Source of the DNA: the human T2T-CHM13v2.0 reference genome, Homo sapiens
Assembly: GCF_009914755.1 (NCBI RefSeq)
Contig: NC_060926.1
Direction: 5' to 3' (one strand)
Length of the DNA: 64,000 nucleotides
The position numbers were made by a program, and so were the translations under genes. This document shows, one piece after another, positions 55,388-64,000 of this stretch (position 1 is its first letter; each line of letters starts with the position of its first letter). The notes under the pieces are model-generated. The model had not been told where the DNA came from, made no database searches, and worked only from the letters and a program-made list of their open reading frames with translations.

Positions 55388-57710
55388 AGCTGGGTGTAGT
55401 GGCTTATGTCCATAATCCCGAAGTGCTTTGGGAGGCTGAGGCAGGATTGCTTGAACGCAGGACTTTGAGATCAGCCTGGACAACATAGCAAGACCTTGTC
55501 TCTACAAAAAAAAAAAAAAAAAAAAAAAGTACACTCTTCACAGAAACAGAAAAAACAATTCTAAAACTTATATGGGACCACAAAAGACCCAGAATAGTCA
55601 AAGCCATCCTGAGCAAAAACAAAACCGGAGGAATCACATTATCTGACTTCAAGTTATACTACAGAGCTATTGTTACCAGCAAGGTACTAGCATAAATACA
55701 GACACACAGACCAAAGGAACAGAATAGAGAACCGAGAAACAAATCCATACATCTACAGTGAACTCATTTTGGACAAAGCTGTCAGAAACATACACTGGGA
55801 GAAAGGGCAGTCTCTTCAATAAATGGTGCTGGGAAAACTGGATATCTGCATTCAGAAGAATTAAACCATCTCTCACCGTAAACAAAAATCAAATCAAAAT
55901 GGATTAAAGACTTAAATCTAAGACCTCAAATCATGAAACTACTACAAGGAAACACTGAGGCGATACTCCAGGACACAAGAATGGGCAAAGATTTCTTTTT
56001 TTTTTTTTTTTTAATTTTTTTTAGTTTTGAGACACAGTTTCATTCTGTCACCCAGGCTGGAGTGCAGTGGTGCAATCTTGGCTCACTACAACCTCTGCCT
56101 CCCACGTTCAAGCGATTCTCATGCCTCAGCCTCCTGAGTAGCTAGGACAACAGGCGCACACCACGACGCCCGGCTAATTTTTGTATTTCTAGTTGAGACG
56201 GGGTTTCACCATTTTGGCCAGGCTGGTCTCAAACACCTGACCTCAAATGATCCACCTGCCTCGGCCTCCCAAAGTGCTGGGATTACAGGGGTGAACCACG
56301 GTGCCTGGCTGGGCAAAGATTTCTTGAGTAATAACCCACAAACACAGGCAACCAAATAAAATGGACAAATGGGATCACATCAAGTTAAAAAGCTTCTGCA
56401 CAGAAAAGGAAACAATCCACAAAGTAAAGAGACAACCCACAGAATGGGAGAAAATATTTGCAAACTATCCATCTGACAAGGGATTAATAACCAGAATAAA
56501 GAAGAAGCTCAAACAACTCTTCAGGAAAAAAATCTAATAATCCAATTTTTTAAATGGACAAAAGATCTGAATAGATATTTTTCAAAGGAAGACATACAAA
56601 GGGCAAACAGTTATATGAAAATGTGCTCGACAGCATTGATCATCAGAGAAATGCAAATCAAAACTATAATGAGATATCATCTCACCCCAGTTAAAATGAA
56701 AGACAGGCAACAACAAATGCTGACAAGGATATGGAGAAAAGGGAACACTTGTACACTGCTGGTGGGAATGTAAATTAGTATAGCCACTATGGGGAACAAT
56801 TTGGAGGTTCCTCACAAAAACTAAAAATAGAGCTTCCATCTGATCCAGCAATCCTACTGCTAGGTATATACCCAAAGGAAAGGAAATTAGTATATCAAAG
56901 AGATATCTACACTCCCATGTTTATTGCAGCACTATTCACAATAGCCAAGATTTGGAAACAACCTACATGTCCATCAACAGATGAAGAGATAAAGAAAATG
57001 TGGTACATATACACAATGGAGTACTATTCAGCCATAAAAAAGAATGAGATCCTGTCATTTGCAACAACATGGGTGGAACTAGAGGTCATTATGTTAAGTG
57101 AAATAAGCCAGGCACAGAAAGACAAACTTTGCACGTTCTCACTTATGTGTGGGAATCCAAAATTAAGACAACTGAACTCATGGAGATAGAGAATAGAATG
57201 ATGGTTATTAGAGACTGGGAAGGGTAGTGGTGGGGTAGGGGGAAAGTCGGGATGGTTAATGGGTAAATAAAAATAGAATGAATAATATCTAGTATTCAAT
57301 AGCACAACGGGGTGACTATAGTCAATAATAATTAAATTGTACATTTAAAAATAATTAAAACAATATAATTGGATTGTTTGTAACATAATGAATAAATGCT
57401 TGAGGTGATACATCTGCTTATTATGCATTGTATGCCTGTATCAAAATAGCTCATGTACCCCATAAATATATACACTTACTCTGTACCCACAAAAACAAAA
57501 AAGAAAAAATTTAAAATAAAATTTAAAAATATTAGCCAGGTGTGTTATCCACGCCTGTAGTCTCAGCTACTAGGGATGCTGAGGCAGGAGGATCCCTTGA
57601 GCCCAGGAGATTGAGTCTGTAGTGAGCTATTATTATCATGCTACTGTGCTCCAGCCTGGGCAACAGAGTGAGACTGCATCTAAACAAACAAACAAAAACA
57701 AACAAAACCA
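55388..57710 (+). mobile_element. AluJ split by an L1: left arm 55388-55528, right arm about 57526-57710
   Basis: The left arm ends GTCTCTAC-A-run; the right arm begins ATTAGCCAGG after the L1 tail. Confidence 0.7.
55530..57525 (+). mobile_element. 5'-truncated L1MA-type element with an internal AluS (55996-56310, minus strand)
   Basis: ORF2 C-terminal remnants ([11 protein letters not shown]...) and an L1MA 3'UTR; Alu TSD GGGCAAAGATTTCTT. Confidence 0.85.
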
Positions 57711-57713
57711 AGA

Positions 57714-58000
57714 GACCGGACAAGGTGGCTCATGATTATAACCCCAGCACTTTGGTAAGCTGAGGTGGGAGGATCACTTTAGCGTACCAATCTGAGACCA
57801 ACGTGGGCAACATAGCGAGACCTCCTCTCCACTAAAACTAAAAATAAAAAACTAGGCAGGTGTGGTGGTGTGTGCCTCTAGCCCCAGCTACTTGGGAGAC
57901 TGAGGTAGGAGAACTACTTGAGCCCAGGAAGTTTAATCTGCAGTGAGGCATGATCGTACCACTGCACTTCAGCCTGGGCAAGAAAGCCAGACCCTGACTC

Positions 58001-58035
<35 letters not shown>
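57714..58035 (+). mobile_element. AluJ SINE
   Basis: Diverged dimer. Confidence 0.8.
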
Positions 58036-58522
58036 CCTTTTATTTTCACTTTAGGATGGGTATATCCTGTTGAAGAAATAAGGAAGATTTCTATTATAGT
58101 TAAAGATGGCATTTGAACATGCTCATGTAGCTCCTCTTCTTCTTAAAACTTTTTAACCAGAAATATTGCTTAATTTCTTCAGCCAAGAACCCATTTCTAA
58201 TTTAAGTTATTTTAGCAGGAGGGCTACTAAAAGTAACCATTGTTTCCATTGGTAACTGTGAATACATGCTAGGGATACAGTGGGCTTCCATGCCTGCTTT
58301 CTGCTACACTCTGGAAATGTCCTGCTTGCTGTGCTTTCAATAAGCTACAGTATTCTGCTGCTTTTACAGCCCTAGATCAAGAGGAAAGCTGAAAGTTACC
58401 ATGTAACCCTTTCCCTTACCTCTCCTCCCCCAAAACATATACAAGGAGGAGACACATACTTAGGGTCATTGTCTGCATATGTAGCAGAAGTGGCTGTTTC
58501 TCCATATCTTGCACATTTATGA

Positions 58523-58918
<396 letters not shown>

Positions 58919-58976
58919 CTACATGCCTGTTCTTAATTTCATCTACTAGCTTCTGACTCCTGACTTCCACTGTTAA

Positions 58977-59374
<398 letters not shown>

Positions 59375-60511
59375 ATTTTGTCACTTTTTTTATTGATCAG
59401 TTCTCCTTGGATTTCTGTGTAAACTGGGTTTTCATATACCTATCCAACCAATTAAAGTATTTTCCCTAAGTGATGACAACCACCTAATCACACTGTGTTC
59501 AGTACACTTGTTGAATCTTTGGCTTGTCATAGTTGCTTTGGTTGGCTGTTTCACATCCATAGTGTGACTGTGATGATAGTGTGATTTGCAAATGAACTAC
59601 GCCTAGGTTAGATGATGATTCTGGAGAAGATATGGGTTTTAAAAGATATTTCATTGATTTACTTGAACGGCCATACATGTACATGGACCAACAGTAAAAA
59701 GGCACAATAGAATATACAGTGAAATGTTTCTCTTCCCCCTGTCACCTGGTCTCCCAGCTCCCCAGGCCCCTTCCGAGAAGCAACCTCTGGACCTGCTTTC
59801 TTATGTATCCTTCTAGAAGTCTATGAATTTATAAGCATATGTGAATTATAGATCAGAAATACAGTGTTTTAAAACTACAACCTCAGATAGTATTAAAGTG
59901 TACATTCAATGGGTGGCAACATATTAAGTATGCCATCGACAAAAATTCACAGGTTTTTAAAATATGAACAATGTTATAGGAAATAAGATCACAGGCTAAA
60001 GTTTTAGAGTAAGACTGACTAAGCTGCACCCTGGAAGGAATGAGGGTGAACACATATAAACTGGAGGGTTTTTTTTACATTGTCTTTTCATAGGCATGCC
60101 ACTTATATTCTTAAGAGAAGGGCATACAAGGTTAGACAGAAGATTTTCTTTAGACACTTTAACTCACAACATGATGACAAAAATGAAAAATGTTTAGTAT
60201 TGTTACTAAAAATATTTAGTATTGCTTAGTATTCTATGTTTTTCACTTATAACTGAGTTGTTGTTTGAGTGCTGTTTGTAAGGAATGCCAATAACATGCT
60301 TTTGAATGAGAAAGATCTTGGTACATGGTCACGGGGAAGGGGCAAAACACAAGATTCTATCAATTCGAGACTACCATTTCTGTAACTGGTGATCTCTGTG
60401 TCATTGTAGCTCTTTCAGTGTATAAGGCCTAATTTGTTTTTCGAAAAGGTTTTCGTATTTTTCTCAATTCTGAACTTAGGACTTTGAATTTATTCCTATT
60501 AAATTACATCC

Positions 60512-60830
60512 TGGCTGGGTATGGTGGCTCACACCTGTAATCCCAGCAATTTGGAAGGCCAAGGCAGGCGGATTAAGAGGTCAAGAGTTTGAGACCAGCC
60601 TGGCCAACATGGTGAAAACCCATCTCTACTGAGAGTACAAAAATTAGCCGAGCGTGGAAGCGGGCTCCTATAATCCCAGCTACTCGGGAGGCTGAGGCAG
60701 AAGAATTGCTTGAATCTGGGAGGAAGAAGTTGCCGTGAGCCAAGATTGCACCACTGCACTCCAGCCTGGGCAACAGAGCAAGACTTCATCTCAAAAATAG
60801 TAATAATAAAAATAAATAAATAAATAAATA
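60512..60830 (+). mobile_element. AluS with a (TAAA)n tail
   Basis: Alu dimer. Confidence 0.9.
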
Positions 60831-60902
60831 AATAACACCCTATTGGCATGGACTCTGTGTGTTCACTCTTCTGATAAATCCATATTTTGTTTCTTTGTCT
60901 AG

Positions 60903-61150
<248 letters not shown>

Positions 61151-61234
61151 TAAAGTCATAACTTTTGGCACTGTACCAGAAACTTTCTTTAGGTCACTAA
61201 TTCTTAAAAGGTTGTTCACCAATATATTCTAAGG

Positions 61235-61452
61235 CAGGGGTTGGCACATTTTTTTCTAATGGTAAATATTTTAGGCTTTACAGGTCATGCATGCCAATTG
61301 TCTGTCACAACTACTCAACTCTGTTCTAACACCGGAAAAGCAGCCAATGACAACAAATAAATGAATGAGCAGGGTTGTGTTCCAAAAAAACTTTATTTAT
61401 CAACATAATTGGTGGGCCTGGTTTGGCCTACGGACAGTAATTTACAAACTTG
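61235..61452 (+). mobile_element. MER58A-like hAT DNA transposon fossil
   Basis: CAGGGGTTGGCA...GTAAATATTTTAGGCTTT...GTGTTCCAA..AAACTTTATTTA. Confidence 0.75.
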
Positions 61453-62833
61453 TAAGGAACTCAGAATTCTCTTTGTTAACTGTTAAGTCATTTAGATTAA
61501 ATTCCAAAAAATATTACCATAAGTATATTCTGGGTCATCTGAACAACTACTTTAAAATCAGGCCTATGTATATTTAGTGGTCCCTTTTGCATTTAGGATT
61601 ATATGAGAAATCCCTTCCCATTTACCTATATTAAACACTTCTTATTGCAGAATGATGAGTAAATACGTTTTTACAATAGTCGGACTTAGGGTAGTGTGGA
61701 ATTGAGACATCACCAGACACATAGGGGTGCATGCACGGAGAACATCATACTCACGAGGGAACTGATTTCTTTTAGCTTTTAAAATTTAAACTTTAATTAT
61801 CAGTAATTATGAGAGCAAATATGAAGGATTTTTCTTTCCCGGATTGCAGACATAGTTAGATACCTACTTGAGAGAGATTTCAATAACACCCCAAAGTTGA
61901 TGTGATCTTTATGTGATGAAGATGGCTATAGTGCTTCCAAATCATCCCTCGATAAAAACGGCCTTAGAAGTTGTGGTAGAGCTTGCTGTTGCTTTTCCAA
62001 AATCCCTTCTCCCCTTCCCCCTCACAAACACACCCTGTCGGTGGGGGGCCTGTGGTGAACTAAACCTCTCCTTTTCCAATCTCTTTTTCAACTAGCTGTG
62101 GTTATATGACAAAATGTGGCCAATGAGGCCTTAGTCAACATAACTAGGTGGTGATTCTGAGAAAGCTTGTTAAAATAGGGTTGACTCAGTTAGCACATGT
62201 CGTTTTGTCTTCTTCCTTTCTTCCTGCATCACGCAATGATGCCAAATCTGGAACCGTAATAGCTGCTTTGTGATCTACTAGGCAGAAAAGGACAAGAAGA
62301 TTGGAAAGGTGTGGCTCTAAACTCCTGTTAACTGCAGGAGAAAATAGTCCAATATATTTTAGCTATTATTATGTGCAGCTGAACTCAATTCCTCATCATT
62401 AAAAAAGGAAGTATAGGATATGAATAAACTTTCAATATTTAAGAGACATGAGGCTATTAGTTTTGGCCATAAAACCTCAATAGCATCAATTTAGCATCTG
62501 CCAAATAATACTATCATATTAAATTAATACTGTTAACTGAACTATTTTTATTTTGCCTTATTTGTATTTAATTTTGAAAATTTTTCATATTTTGAAAATA
62601 TTTCCTAAAAGCTATAAGTATATGAAATTTTTTAACCTAGTTTTGGTGTGTACATATTTAACATAATACAAAAATTTTAAGTAAACAATGAGGCTTTTGG
62701 AAAATATTTTTCCTTTGAAATGACTTCAGTGATTAATCACATACGAGGACTGCTCTAGAGTTATTCATTCATCTTGATTTGAGGCAATAATTTAATATTT
62801 CAATGTAAACTTTATTGCATATACACGTGTTAG

Positions 62834-63438
<605 letters not shown>

Positions 63439-63519
63439 AGTCCATTCTTTTTCAATGTAACCTTATTGCATAATACACATGTATTAGGCCATTCTTCCAC
63501 TGCTATAAACAAATGCCTG

Positions 63520-64000
63520 AGGGGGTGCAGCCAAGATGGCCAAATAGGAACCGCTCCAATCTACAGCTCCCAGTGTGGGCGACGCAGAAGACGGGTGATT
63601 TCTGCATTTCCAACTGAGGTACAAGGCTCATCTCACTGGGGAGTGTCGGAAAGTGGGTGCAGGACAGTAGGTGCAGTGCACCCAGCAGGAGCCGAAGCTG
63701 GGTGAGGCATTGCCTCACACGGGAACCGCAAGGAGTCAGGGAATTCCCTTTTCTAGTCAAACAAAGGGGTGACAGATGGCACCTGGAACATCAGGTCCCT
63801 CCCACCCTAATACTGTGCTTTTCTAACGGTCTTAGCAAATGGCACACCAGGAGATTATATCCCGCACCTGGCTCGGAGGGTCCTCCGCCCACAGAGCCTC
63901 GCTCATTGCTAGCACAGCAGTCTGAGATCCAACTGGAAGGCGGCAGCAAGGCTGGGGGAGAGGCGCCCGCCATTGCGGAGGCTTGAGTAGGTAAACAAAC
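63520..64000 (+). mobile_element. 5'UTR of another L1PA (continues beyond the window), inserted into an MST-like LTR stub at 63480-63520
   Basis: GGGGGTGCAGCCAAGATGGCC (YY1 site); antisense ORF0-like frame at 63791-63973. Confidence 0.92.

Noticed and set aside
60190-60235. Triple TTAGTATT with a short inverted piece
   Set aside because: Too short and AT-rich to distinguish from chance.

Overview
Primate (human-like) genomic DNA lying entirely inside the minus-strand gene ZRANB3 (SNF2-family annealing helicase/endonuclease). Four coding exons can be read with canonical GT-AG sites and a continuous frame: a 19-nt microexon (51354-51372) that the ORF track misses, then 13977-14155, 10511-10742 and 6077-6162. 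Together they encode helicase motifs I-III. The rest is intron, dense in Alus, with a full-length antisense L1PA (open ORF1, dead ORF2), the 5' UTR of a second L1PA, older L1s, solo LTRs (MER11, THE1/MST, MLT1, MLT2A) and MER DNA-transposon fossils. Nearly all other ORFs in the track are repeat-derived artefacts. I see no convincing new gene system. The most interesting observations are a T19-dependent frameshifting microexon, a candidate poison microexon or recursive splice site, an L1 3' transduction, a templated 87-bp insertion inside an Alu, interleaved inverted repeats, and several other template-switch-like scars. Repeat subfamily names come from recalled consensus sequences, and repeat boundaries are approximate unless a TSD is given.
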